Source: Caulobacter sp.
Lineage (GTDB): Bacteria; Pseudomonadota; Alphaproteobacteria; Caulobacterales; Caulobacteraceae
Assembly: GCA_044377925.1 (NCBI GenBank)
Contig: JBILYE010000001.1
Location: 1 to 46,459 of the forward strand
DNA length: 46,459 bases
Reading direction: 5' to 3'
This document shows positions 9,725 through 18,382 of the stretch, piece after piece. How positions within the stretch are numbered: the stretch's first letter is position 1; every line of letters starts with the position of its first letter. Both the position numbers and the translations under genes were made by a program. Below the pieces are notes generated by a model that worked only from the letters and a program-made list of their open reading frames with translations, had not been told where the DNA came from and did not search any database.

Positions 9725-9921
9725 TGGGACACTCCGTCGTCGAAGATGGTTTCGATCGGTTGCTCGAACAGGCGGCCGATCCTGAAGGCCAGCGGCAGGC
9801 TGGGATCGTACTTGCCTGTCTCGATGGCGTTGATGGTCTGGCGCGAGACCTCCAGCCGGTCGGCGAGGTCGGCCTGGCTCCAGTCGCGCTCGGCGCGCAG
9901 GACTTTCAGGCGGTTCTTCAC
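9721..9921 (-). CDS. Small XRE/Cro-CI HTH transcriptional regulator
   Basis: MKNRLKVLR..SQADLA..VSRQTINAIETGKYDPSLPLAF. Confidence 0.95.
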   Translation of the reverse strand: MKNRLKVLRAERDWSQADLADRLEVSRQTINAIETGKYDPSLPLAFRIGRLFEQPIETIFDDGVSQ

Positions 9922-10325
9922 CGGTAGCGCCTCCAGATGAAGGGCTGAGCCAGGCCCATCGCCCCGCAGAACAGCGGGAACATCAGGAAGCTGGAGAGGT
10001 GCGGCACGAGGTCGGCGTTTTCCAGGAAGCCCCAGACCGTCGCCAACGCCAGGGTGATGCCTATGCCCCAGAGCATGGACTGCACCGCGATCATGCGCGG
10101 CAACTCATCGGTCTCCTCGACCACATAGAGGCCCATCACGGCGATCACGACCAGGATCGGGAGAGCCGGGGCGACAGCCAGGGCCCAGAGCAACGGCCCC
10201 TTGGGGTCGAACTGGCCGATGGCGTAGAGCGATCCGGTCAGCACGACGACATAGAGCAGCATGCTGGGAATGAAGCGCCTCATGTAGCGGCGGACAGCGG
10301 GGTTCATCGGATTGGAGCGGGCCAT
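9918..10325 (-). CDS. Small membrane protein (about 4 TM) with a DE motif
   Basis: Hydrophobic helices, EETDELPR; GTGA overlap with the XRE gene. Confidence 0.8.
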   Translation of the reverse strand: MARSNPMNPAVRRYMRRFIPSMLLYVVVLTGSLYAIGQFDPKGPLLWALAVAPALPILVVIAVMGLYVVEETDELPRMIAVQSMLWGIGITLALATVWGFLENADLVPHLSSFLMFPLFCGAMGLAQPFIWRRYR

Positions 10326-10337
10326 TGGCGGGCCTCC

Positions 10338-10784
10338 CTAGCGATTACGCAGCCACCACGCCGCCCAGGCGATGGTGTAGCCGACGAAGGCGAGGACGAT
10401 GGGGATCAGAAGACCGGTGGCGATCAGCCCCGCATCGCCGGGGAACAGGGCGAACTGGCGGAGCGAGATTTCGGGCTCCAGCGCGAACAGCAGGCCGAAC
10501 AGGCCGCCGGCGACAGCCAGACCGCCGGAGCCGCCCCAGTACCAGCCGGTCTTGTGCGCCTCCTTGACGGCCTCGTCGGCCTCCTTCCACCAGCGGAGGC
10601 TGGCCTGCATCGAGGCGATCGACACCACCAGGCCGACACCTGCCAAAATCGTGGACAGCACGCCGGTCTCCATCCGCAGAGCGGTGAAGGCCAGGACCAC
10701 ACCCGCGCCGGATCCCGCGAAGGCGAGGACCATCTGGATGCGGCTTCGGGCGGCGCGCCCCTTGCCGGCGTGAGACTCTTGCAT
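10338..10784 (-). CDS. Small membrane protein (about 4 TM) with a DE motif
   Basis: Hydrophobic helices, WWKEADEAVKEAHK..WYWGG. Confidence 0.8.
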   Translation of the reverse strand: MQESHAGKGRAARSRIQMVLAFAGSGAGVVLAFTALRMETGVLSTILAGVGLVVSIASMQASLRWWKEADEAVKEAHKTGWYWGGSGGLAVAGGLFGLLFALEPEISLRQFALFPGDAGLIATGLLIPIVLAFVGYTIAWAAWWLRNR

Positions 10785-10838
10785 GTCTTTCGTCCTTGTC
10801 GTTATGACAAGGACGCTTGTCTCATAAGCTCAGCGAGC

Positions 10839-10879
10839 ATGTCAAGCGACCCTGACATTACATCAAGGTCACCTGACTA
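10839..10879. promoter_or_regulatory. Tandem palindromic operator sites, probably for the XRE regulator
   Basis: ATGTCA-N8-TGACAT (10839-10858) and imperfect ACATCA-N8-TGACTA (10860-10879), 21 bp apart, upstream of the operon. Confidence 0.6.
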
Positions 10880-10883
10880 CGCG

Positions 10884-11903
10884 CTACTTCCAGGCCTTGA
10901 AGTGCTTTGACAGTTTCAGCCCCTGGCGCAGGTAGTGGGAGCCGTCCTCGCCATAGAGGCGCGTCGGCCGGGCCGTGAGAGGCTCGTAGACCAGCCGGGC
11001 GACGGTCTGGCCGTCTTCCAGCAGGAAGGGGGTTTCGTGGCTGCGGACCTCCAGAACGCCCTTGGAGCCGACCGAGTCGGTTTCCGCGCTGCCGAAGCCG
11101 GGGTCGAAGAAGCCCGCGTAGTGGACGCGGAACTCGCCGACGGCCGGGTCGATGGGGGTCATCTCGGCGGCCTGCATCACCGGGATCTCGATGTCGTCCT
11201 TGGACGCCAGGATGTAGAACTCGTTGGGGTCGAGCAGCAGCTCCCCTTTGCGGGGCTCCAGCGGCTCCCAGAAGTCTCGCGGATCGTGGCCGTCCTCGCG
11301 GTCGAGATCGATGACCCCGGCGTGACGGCGACCGCGGAACCCGGCCATGCCGGACGACAGATCGACCCCGACGCTGCGGGTCTCGAGGATCAACGGCTTG
11401 CCGCGCTTGAGGCGCAGCTGATTGAGACGGGTGCCCGGACGCACCAGAACCGAGAAGGTCTGTGGCGCGATCTCCAGATAGAGCGGACCGTGATAGCCCT
11501 CGACCACGTCGTCGAAGGCGTGGCCGTGATCGGTCAACAGACGGACGAAGACATCGACCCGTCCGGAGGAGCTCTTGGGATTGCCGCGCGCCGAGATGCC
11601 GGGCGGAAGGGCCAGCGTTTCCTGGATTTCGGCGATGTAGACACAGCCGCGCTCCAGCACGGCGCCGCCTCGCGTCAGGTCCAGCTCATGCATGGCGACG
11701 TCGGGCAGGCGCTCGGAGACCTTGCGGCGGCCGGGCAGGAAGGAAGCGCGCACGCGCCAGACCCGCAGGCCGAGGCGCAGGTCGAGGCTGGCCGGCTGGA
11801 CCTGATCAGTATCGAACGGGGTAAGCGAGGTGATGGCGCCTTGCGCGACCAGATCCTCGATGGATTGGCAGGGAAGAATCCCCGCGGACGGTGTGTCTGT
11901 CAT
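10884..11903 (-). CDS. dcd: dCTP deaminase (long alphaproteobacterial type)
   Basis: QVQPASLDLRLG, NPKSSSGR.D, HYAGFFDPGFG, C-terminal GLKLSKHF; start moved to MTDTPS. Confidence 0.9.
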   Translation of the reverse strand: MTDTPSAGILPCQSIEDLVAQGAITSLTPFDTDQVQPASLDLRLGLRVWRVRASFLPGRRKVSERLPDVAMHELDLTRGGAVLERGCVYIAEIQETLALPPGISARGNPKSSSGRVDVFVRLLTDHGHAFDDVVEGYHGPLYLEIAPQTFSVLVRPGTRLNQLRLKRGKPLILETRSVGVDLSSGMAGFRGRRHAGVIDLDREDGHDPRDFWEPLEPRKGELLLDPNEFYILASKDDIEIPVMQAAEMTPIDPAVGEFRVHYAGFFDPGFGSAETDSVGSKGVLEVRSHETPFLLEDGQTVARLVYEPLTARPTRLYGEDGSHYLRQGLKLSKHFKAWK

Positions 11904-12020
11904 CGTCGAACCACATTCGCCGCGCGGGAGGCGGCTGGCAAGGGAATCTTGGGCGATCCGCCCGCGCCTAGGCCTCGTGGTGGGGTTTTCACCCGCAGAC
12001 ACCCGCCCCGACGCCGGCCG

Positions 12021-13289
12021 TCATCCCCGGGCGATGGCCCGCTCTGCAGTCAGCGCCTCGGCCAGGGCCGCGTCGCCGCCGCGCCGGGCGGCCTCGATCA
12101 GGGTCAGGTCGATGATGTCGCGCTGGGCGTGGCTGCCGCCGAAGCGGGCGGCGCCGGAGCGGACGGCCCGCAGCAGGTCGATACTGGTCCGGTAATCGCC
12201 GGCCCCGAAGGCGTCGATGCCCCGGGCGACCGGCAGGCCGACCTCGCGGGCGACCACCGCCGCATCCCCCTGCCCGGCCGCCGCCCGTTCCAGCGCGGCC
12301 AGCACGGCGTCGGCCTCGCTACGCCGGCCGGTGGCGGCGAAGGCCATCATGGCGTGGGCGTCATCGAAGGCGTAGGCCCCGTGCGGCTGGCGGACATAGA
12401 GATCGGCGAGATCGGTCCAGCGGTCGCCGACGTCGGCGTCCATCAGATGCATCCGCCACAAGAGGCCGGCGGCGTCGACCATGTCGAAGGCGAGGTCCGA
12501 ACGGTCGGCGAAGATCGGGCCGTCGAAGGCCTCCAGGGCGCCCTCGACATCGCCGAGGCCAAGGTGAAACAGCGCCGTGTGCCACCAGTTGTGGACGGTG
12601 AAGAAGCTGCCTTCGGTCCAGGTGGCCACGTCCTGGCGCATGAAGGCGATGCCCTCCTCGCGCCGGTCCTGCATCTCCATGACGTGGGCGACGGCGTGGC
12701 GGGCCCAGCCGTTGCGCGGCTCGATCTCCAGGGCCAGGCGGCCAGCCGCCTCGGCCCGGCCGTAGGCGCCGGTCTCCTCCAGCCCGAAGGCCAGCATCCC
12801 CTGCATGGCGTGATAGCCCGGCATGCCGCGCGACCAGGCCGGCAGGGCCCGGCCGATGCGGTCACGCAGCATGCGGGAGTCCCCGAGCAGGAAGTCGAGG
12901 GTCTGGCCGATCTGCAGGGCGACGATGTCGCGCGGCTGGGCGATGGCGGCGTCTTCCAGGGCGCGGGCGGCGCCGGGGATGTCACCGTCAACGAGGGCGG
13001 CAAGGGCGGCCTTGTGGGCCCGCTCGCCCGATGTGCCGTCAAGCCCCGCCACGGCGTCCAGGCAACGACGGCCGACCCTGGCGACGCGCGGGTTGGAGCC
13101 CAGCAGATGCATGTAGCCCTTGAGCACATGGGCCATCAGGAAGCCGGGGCTGTCGGCGATGGCCGCATCCAGCTCACCGACCGGGTCGCCGGCATAGCGG
13201 TTGTAGGCTGCCACCGCCCGGTCCCAGGCGTCGGCGGCGGTGCGGCTGGCGCCGGTCAGGGGAAGGCCGTGGGCGTCGGTGATGTTCAT
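12021..13289 (-). CDS. TTC38-like tetratricopeptide-repeat protein
   Basis: GMLAFGLEETG, WARHAVAHV.EM, HNWWH, GGSHAQRD motifs; start MNITD. Confidence 0.8.
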   Translation of the reverse strand: MNITDAHGLPLTGASRTAADAWDRAVAAYNRYAGDPVGELDAAIADSPGFLMAHVLKGYMHLLGSNPRVARVGRRCLDAVAGLDGTSGERAHKAALAALVDGDIPGAARALEDAAIAQPRDIVALQIGQTLDFLLGDSRMLRDRIGRALPAWSRGMPGYHAMQGMLAFGLEETGAYGRAEAAGRLALEIEPRNGWARHAVAHVMEMQDRREEGIAFMRQDVATWTEGSFFTVHNWWHTALFHLGLGDVEGALEAFDGPIFADRSDLAFDMVDAAGLLWRMHLMDADVGDRWTDLADLYVRQPHGAYAFDDAHAMMAFAATGRRSEADAVLAALERAAAGQGDAAVVAREVGLPVARGIDAFGAGDYRTSIDLLRAVRSGAARFGGSHAQRDIIDLTLIEAARRGGDAALAEALTAERAIARG

Positions 13290-13431
13290 GGGCGGCGATG
13301 ATCCGGCGGTTGGCGGCCAGGCGCAACCTTCCAGACCGGCTGACAGGACCTTCAACAGAAGTTTGGGCCCCGCAGGGTTGCCCCTGGCGCCCCGATGCGG
13401 TTCAAGCGCGGCAAGATGAAGGAGCCCTCCC

Positions 13432-14631
13432 ATGGCCGATGATCGCAAAGCCACTGATCCCAAGGACTGGCAGCCGGCCACCAAGCTGATCCGCGGCGGG
13501 CTCAACCGCAGCGCGTTCGGCGAGACCTCCGAGCCCATTTATCTGACCCAGAGCTTCGTCTACGAAAGCGCCGGGGCCGCTGACGCCCGCTTCGCCGGGG
13601 ACGATCCGGGCTTCGTCTACAGCCGCTATGCCAACCCCACGACCCAGATGTTCGAGGAGCGTCTGGCGCTGCTGGAAGGCGCCGAGTTCTGCCGCGCCGT
13701 GGCCAGCGGCATGGCCGCCGTGCATGTGGCGCTGACCGGCCTGCTGAGGGCGGGCGACCACCTGGTGGCCGGCCGGGCGCTGTTCGGCAGCTGCAACTGG
13801 ATCGTCAGCCAGTGGCTGCCCCGCTTCGGGGTCGAGACCACCTTCGTCGACGCGACGGACCTGAAGGCCTGGGAAGCGGCCATGCGGCCCAACACCAGGG
13901 TCGTCCTGCTCGAGAGCCCGGCCAATCCGCTGCTGGAGATCACCGACATCGCGGCGGTCTCGAAGATCGCCCATGCGGCCGGCGCCAGGGTGGTGGTCGA
14001 CAACGTCTTCGCCACGCCGATTTTCCAGCAACCGCTGAAGCTGGGCGCCGACATCGTCGTCTATTCGGCCACCAAGCATATCGACGGCCAGGGCCGGGTG
14101 CTGGGCGGCGCCATCCTCGGCGACTTCGCCCTTATGGAAGAGGCCTATCGCGACATCCTGCGCCACACCGGCCCGGCGATCAGCCCGTTCAACGCCTGGG
14201 TGCTGCTCAAGGGTCTGGAGACGCTGGACCTGCGGGTGCGCCGCCAGACCGAAACGGCCGCCGTTCTGGCCGACGTCATCGGCGACCACCCGGCGATCCA
14301 CTCCGTGCGCTATCCGGGCCGGGCCGACCATCCTCAATCTGCAGTTGCCAGGGCCCAGATGAGCGGCTTCAGCAACCTGCTGGCCTTCGACCTCGGTTCG
14401 CGTGAGGCGGCATGGCGATTCCTCGACCGGTTGAACCTGGTCGACATCAGCAACAATCTGGGCGACGCCAAGAGCATGGCGACCCATCCGTCCACCACCA
14501 CGCATCGCGCGATGCCCGAAGAAAAGCGGCTCGAAATCGGGCTGACCGAGGGTTTCGTCCGCATGAGCGTCGGGCTGGAGGATGTGGCCGACCTGACGAA
14601 GGACATCGTTCAGGCGTTGGATGCTGCATGA
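13432..14631 (+). CDS. metZ: O-succinylhomoserine sulfhydrylase
   Basis: YSRYANPT, SGMAAV, ESPANP, VYSATKHIDGQGR PLP-lysine motif, NNLGDAKS; AAGGAG RBS. Confidence 0.92.
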   Translation: MADDRKATDPKDWQPATKLIRGGLNRSAFGETSEPIYLTQSFVYESAGAADARFAGDDPGFVYSRYANPTTQMFEERLALLEGAEFCRAVASGMAAVHVALTGLLRAGDHLVAGRALFGSCNWIVSQWLPRFGVETTFVDATDLKAWEAAMRPNTRVVLLESPANPLLEITDIAAVSKIAHAAGARVVVDNVFATPIFQQPLKLGADIVVYSATKHIDGQGRVLGGAILGDFALMEEAYRDILRHTGPAISPFNAWVLLKGLETLDLRVRRQTETAAVLADVIGDHPAIHSVRYPGRADHPQSAVARAQMSGFSNLLAFDLGSREAAWRFLDRLNLVDISNNLGDAKSMATHPSTTTHRAMPEEKRLEIGLTEGFVRMSVGLEDVADLTKDIVQALDAA

Positions 14632-15059
14632 GACCGATCAGGAAACGCGGAACGACGGACAGCCCGGTCTATGAGGCCCGCACGCGCGACGTCGTTGTGC
14701 GGGTGAAGGCCAGCTATGAACCGGCGCATTCGGATCCGATCGAGAACAAGTACTTCTGGAACTACACGGTCGAGATCGAGAACCACGGCAGCGAGACGGT
14801 GCAGCTGGTCTCGCGGCGCTGGGTGATCACCGACGCGCGCAACCAGCGGGAAGAGATCCGCGGCCGCGGCGTGGTCGGCGAGCAGCCGATCCTGAAAGGG
14901 CGCGAGGCGTTCCGCTATGTCTCCGGCTGTCCACTGGATACGCCCTCGGGATTGATGAGCGGCGCCTACCAAATGCTGACCGATGATGGCGTGGCCTTCG
15001 AGGCGGCGATCCCGGAGTTCTCGCTGCACCTTCCGGGGGCTTCGAAGAAGCTTAACTAG
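14628..15059 (+). CDS. apaG: ApaG protein
   Basis: YFWNYTVEIEN, RRWVITD, GRGVVGEQP, YVSGCPL; ATGA overlap with metZ. Confidence 0.92.
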   Translation: MRPIRKRGTTDSPVYEARTRDVVVRVKASYEPAHSDPIENKYFWNYTVEIENHGSETVQLVSRRWVITDARNQREEIRGRGVVGEQPILKGREAFRYVSGCPLDTPSGLMSGAYQMLTDDGVAFEAAIPEFSLHLPGASKKLN

Positions 15060-15600
15060 GGTTCAGCTCCAGCAGAATTATGGTCTCTTGGCCTGTGGCT
15101 ACGCTCAACGGGCCCGAGCCATAGGGCCGGCTAACTCCCATGTGGACGAAACCGGCAGCCGCCGCCGTCGCCAGCCGGCGCGGCCCGGCCCGGGTGGCCC
15201 CGACAACCCATCGACAGCCTTCAAACTTGGCCCTCTCGATCCGGGAATGATCGAGGGCCGCGACCAAGCCCGTGCCGGCCATGGTCGGGCAAACCACCAA
15301 TCTGTTGATGGAAGCCACAGAGCCGGTCAGTTCGAGTACCGCTGGAGGATAGATTTCAGCGTGCGGAACCTGTTGGAAATGATCGTGAATGGTCATCCGG
15401 GCAGCGGCCACAATCTCTCCGCGGCCAGACTGCACCGCCCAATGCAGCGCGCCTCCATCGAACGGGTCGGTCCAGAGGCCGATGTCCGGAAAGGTCCTGT
15501 TGCGCTTTCGCCATGCGGCGACACGCAACGCGAAGAAACGACCCAGAACGGCTGGGTCGTTCACCATTTCCAGCCTGTAGCCCTCGGGCAGGCATGACAT
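15052..15600 (-). CDS. GNAT-fold acyltransferase, LuxI/FeeM-like
   Basis: ALR..W...DPFD..ALH...GEIVAAARM...RLVVCP..AGTGL pattern; GAGGGGG RBS before MSCL. Confidence 0.6.
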   Translation of the reverse strand: MSCLPEGYRLEMVNDPAVLGRFFALRVAAWRKRNRTFPDIGLWTDPFDGGALHWAVQSGRGEIVAAARMTIHDHFQQVPHAEIYPPAVLELTGSVASINRLVVCPTMAGTGLVAALDHSRIERAKFEGCRWVVGATRAGPRRLATAAAAGFVHMGVSRPYGSGPLSVATGQETIILLELNPS

Positions 15601-15671
15601 CCGCACCCCCTCATCGATTGGCGAGGAGGATAGAAAGGGGACGATTGCCATCTATCCCCATTTGCGGGTGA

Positions 15672-16574
15672 TCAGGCCCCAGCCACTTCCGGATCGATCG
15701 CATAGACCCGGCTGCAGTACTCGCAAGTCACCCGGATCTTGCCGTCGTCCTCGACCATCTCGGCCTTTTCCTCAGGCGTGAAGCTCTCGATCACGGTGAT
15801 GATGCGGTCTTCCGAACAGCGGCAGAAGGCCTTCAGGGGGTGGGGCTCGAAGACCCGCACGCCGTCCTCGTTGAAGAGGCGCCAAAGCAGGGTTTCGGAC
15901 GGCAGGGTCGGGTCGACCAGCTCGTCCTCGCCGGTGGTCTGGAACAGGGCGTCGGCGCGGGTCCAGACGTCTTCGGTCGAGCCGCGCGCGTCATCGGAGG
16001 CGATGTTCTGGATCATCAGCCCGCCGGCCCGCCAGGTCGGCCCCTCGCCGGTGTCGACCTGACCGACGGCCAGGCGGATGCGGGTCGGGGTCTGTTCGGA
16101 CTGGGCGAAGTACTGCTCGGCGCAAAGGGCCAGGGTCTCGCCCTCGATCTGGGTGATTCCCTGGTAGCGCTCCATGTCCTCGCCCTGGTCCACCGTCATG
16201 ATGAACAGGCCATCGCCCAGCAGGGTGCGGGCGCCGGGGCGGATGAAGCCCTTGCTGGCCTCGGCGACGCGGTCGGCGTCATAGCGGCAGTAGCCCCGGA
16301 AGGCGCCGGTGGTGTCGTAGTCGCAGACGACATAGCTGACCGGCCCGTCGCCCTGGGCCTGGACAATGAGGCGGCCCTCGAACTTCAGGCTGGAGCCGAC
16401 GAGGGCGCCGAGCGCGCAGGCCTCGCCCAGCAGGTTGGCGACCGGCTCGGGATAGTCGTGGCGGGTCAGAACCTCGTGGATCGAGTCGCCCAGACGGGTG
16501 ATGCGGCCGCGAACCGGCCAGCCTTCGATCTGGAACGAGGCGACGAGGTCGTCGGAAAGGGGAGATTGGGTCAT
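15672..16574 (-). CDS. hslO: Hsp33 redox-regulated chaperone
   Basis: QGDGP, YFAQSEQ, AGGLMIQ, zinc motif CRC...CEYC. Confidence 0.95.
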   Translation of the reverse strand: MTQSPLSDDLVASFQIEGWPVRGRITRLGDSIHEVLTRHDYPEPVANLLGEACALGALVGSSLKFEGRLIVQAQGDGPVSYVVCDYDTTGAFRGYCRYDADRVAEASKGFIRPGARTLLGDGLFIMTVDQGEDMERYQGITQIEGETLALCAEQYFAQSEQTPTRIRLAVGQVDTGEGPTWRAGGLMIQNIASDDARGSTEDVWTRADALFQTTGEDELVDPTLPSETLLWRLFNEDGVRVFEPHPLKAFCRCSEDRIITVIESFTPEEKAEMVEDDGKIRVTCEYCSRVYAIDPEVAGA

Positions 16575-16609
16575 GAGCGGGTCTAGATAAGGGCTCATGC
16601 GAGAAAAGC

Positions 16610-16714
16610 GAGGGGGCTGCCACCCTGTCGGTTCCAGACCTGACAGGGCGGTCCAGCCTCCTGGTCCGTCGCTCGCGCTCCGGACCGTCCTCCGCCCACG
16701 TTGTGGGCGGAGAG
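16610..16714. repeat. Intergenic three-hairpin palindromic element (possible CIR/REP-like repeat)
   Basis: CCCTGTC/GACAGGG (16623-16648) inside a longer stem, GGTCCG/CGGACC (16663-16686), CTCCGCCCAC/GTGGGCGGAG (16690-16712). Confidence 0.5.
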
Positions 16715-16733
16715 CGACAACACAGAAAACCGC

Positions 16734-17516
16734 CTAACGCCCCTTCCACTGGGGCGCGCGCTTTTGCGCGAAGGCCATCGGTCCCTCGACGAAGTCCTCG
16801 GACTTGAAGAGGGCGGCCACGGCCGGGTGCTTGAACTGCTCCTTGATCGCCGATTCCAATGACGGGGCGTCGAGGCCGTTCATCACCGCTTCCTTGGAGG
16901 CGCGGATCGACATCGGGCTGCATTCGCTGATCATCGCCGCCCACTTCTTCGCTTCCGCCATCAGGTCGGCGGCCGGGACGACGGCGTTGACGAAGCCCAG
17001 CTGCTCGCCCTCGGCGGCCGAGACGCGGCGGGCGGTCAGGATCATGCCCATGGCGCGCTTGAGGCCGATCTGGCGCGGCAGGCGGTGCAGGCCGCCGGCC
17101 AGGGCGGCGAGGCCGACCTTCGGTTCCGGCAGGGCGAAGACGGCGCTGTCGGCGGCCAGGATGATGTCGCAGGCCAGGGCGATCTCGAAGCCGCCGCCCA
17201 TGGCGATGCCGTTCACGGCGGCGATCAGCGGCTTGTTGAGGTCAAAGCGGCTGGTCAGGCCGGCAAAGCCCGACGGCGGGCTGCCCATCTTGCCGCCGCC
17301 GGCCTGGTGCTTGAGGTCGTTGCCGGCCGAGAAGGCGCGCTCGCCCGCCCCGGTGACGATGCCGACCCACTGGTCCGGATCAGCGGCAAAGGCGTCGAAG
17401 GCCTCGTGCAGCTCGAAGTGGGCCGGCGAATGGAGGGCGTTCATCACCTCCGGCCGGTTCAGCGTGAAGATGGTGACCGGCCCCTCGCGGTCGACCTTGA
17501 TGAATTCGTAGGCCAT
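16734..17516 (-). CDS. Enoyl-CoA hydratase/isomerase (crotonase, CaiD-like)
   Basis: TLNRPEVMNAL, FSAGNDLK, AAVNG.AMGGGFEIALACD, LPEPKVG. Confidence 0.92.
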   Translation of the reverse strand: MAYEFIKVDREGPVTIFTLNRPEVMNALHSPAHFELHEAFDAFAADPDQWVGIVTGAGERAFSAGNDLKHQAGGGKMGSPPSGFAGLTSRFDLNKPLIAAVNGIAMGGGFEIALACDIILAADSAVFALPEPKVGLAALAGGLHRLPRQIGLKRAMGMILTARRVSAAEGEQLGFVNAVVPAADLMAEAKKWAAMISECSPMSIRASKEAVMNGLDAPSLESAIKEQFKHPAVAALFKSEDFVEGPMAFAQKRAPQWKGR

Positions 17517-17565
17517 CGGCTTGCTCCCTTGTTGGGATCAGCAAGCCGACCTTCCGTACCGTCCG

Positions 17566-18096
17566 TCAATCGATGACGGTCAGTTCCCGAACGTATCGCT
17601 TCCAGTTCTCGACGTAGTACAAGGCCGAGGCTTCCAGAATGCGAGCCCGTTCGGAATCGATCTCGCGCACCACCTTGCCCGGCGCGCCCATGACCATGCT
17701 GTTGTCCGGGATTTCCTTGCCCTCGGTGATCAGACAATTGGCGCCGATCAGGCAGTTGCGGCCAATTTTTGCGCCATCGAGGATGATCGAGCCGATCCCG
17801 ACCAGGGTGCCGTCCCCAATCGTGCAGCCATGCAGCATGACCAGATGGCCGACGGTCACGTTGGCGCCGATATTCAGCGGGACGCCGAAGTCGGCGTGAA
17901 GAACAGAGCCGTCCTGGACGTTGGAGTTCTCGCCGATCGTGATGGTATCGGTGTCGCCCCGGCACGTGGCGCCCCACCAGACACTGGCGTTCTTCTTGAG
18001 CGTCACATCACCCATCACCGATGCGCTCGGTGCTATCCAGTATTCGCCCTTCCCGGGCAGGGTCGGACGCCGATCGCCCAAAGCATAAACAGTCAT
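17566..18096 (-). CDS. Gamma-class carbonic anhydrase family (YrdA-like)
   Basis: [22 protein letters not shown] hexapeptide repeats; start MTVYAL with GGTGGA RBS. Confidence 0.9.
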   Translation of the reverse strand: MTVYALGDRRPTLPGKGEYWIAPSASVMGDVTLKKNASVWWGATCRGDTDTITIGENSNVQDGSVLHADFGVPLNIGANVTVGHLVMLHGCTIGDGTLVGIGSIILDGAKIGRNCLIGANCLITEGKEIPDNSMVMGAPGKVVREIDSERARILEASALYYVENWKRYVRELTVID

Positions 18097-18130
18097 CCGT
18101 CCACCCCGTATCTTGCGCGAAGGCGCTTGC

Positions 18131-18145
18131 TTAACCACTCATAAA
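18131..18145. promoter_or_regulatory. CtrA-like box
   Basis: TTAA-CCACTCA-TAAA versus consensus TTAA-N7-TTAA, in a divergent promoter region. Confidence 0.5.
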
Positions 18146-18169
18146 CCAAGTTACCCTCATTCTAGTCGG

Positions 18170-18382
18170 GCGATTCGAGGGGGCCAACCATCCTCATCGA
18201 ACCTGTCATGGTCGGCTTTTCGGCCGTGTGCTCCGACGATGGAGACCTGGGTGTCGCGTTTCGAGTCCCGGCGGTATCCCCCGCCTGAACATCGCAGTGA
18301 AAGCGGTCCACCCGGACTCGCACGCGACTCCAACATCACCGTTCCGACCCGAGGGCGCGCCATTGTGGCGACGCCCTTTTTT
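18170..18382 (+). ncRNA. Candidate structured sRNA or attenuating leader upstream of phoH
   Basis: Several nested stems ending in an intrinsic terminator; boundaries approximate. Confidence 0.5.
18352..18382 (+). terminator. Rho-independent terminator upstream of phoH
   Basis: AGGGCGCGCCA-TTG-TGGCGACGCCC followed by TTTTTT. Confidence 0.7.

Noticed and set aside
10935-13301. 788-aa + strand ORF and other long antisense ORFs (e.g. 2223-3917, 23735-25486, 29780-31888)
   Set aside because: Shadows of well-supported opposite-strand genes, expected in high-GC DNA; no recognisable motifs.
13290-13431. Possible SAM-II riboswitch upstream of metZ
   Set aside because: Expected from context, but I could not find the conserved SAM-II sequence elements here.
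16611-16660. SRP RNA-like string on the minus strand (GTCAGGTCTGGAA...GCAGCC)
   Set aside because: Lacks the contiguous CAGGTCCGGAAGGAAGCAG helix-8 motif; the spacing is wrong.
18260-18269. TTCGAGTCCC identical to the tRNA-Leu T-arm (possible att site or tmRNA piece)
   Set aside because: Only 10 bp, on the opposite strand to the tRNA, no cloverleaf and no integrase.
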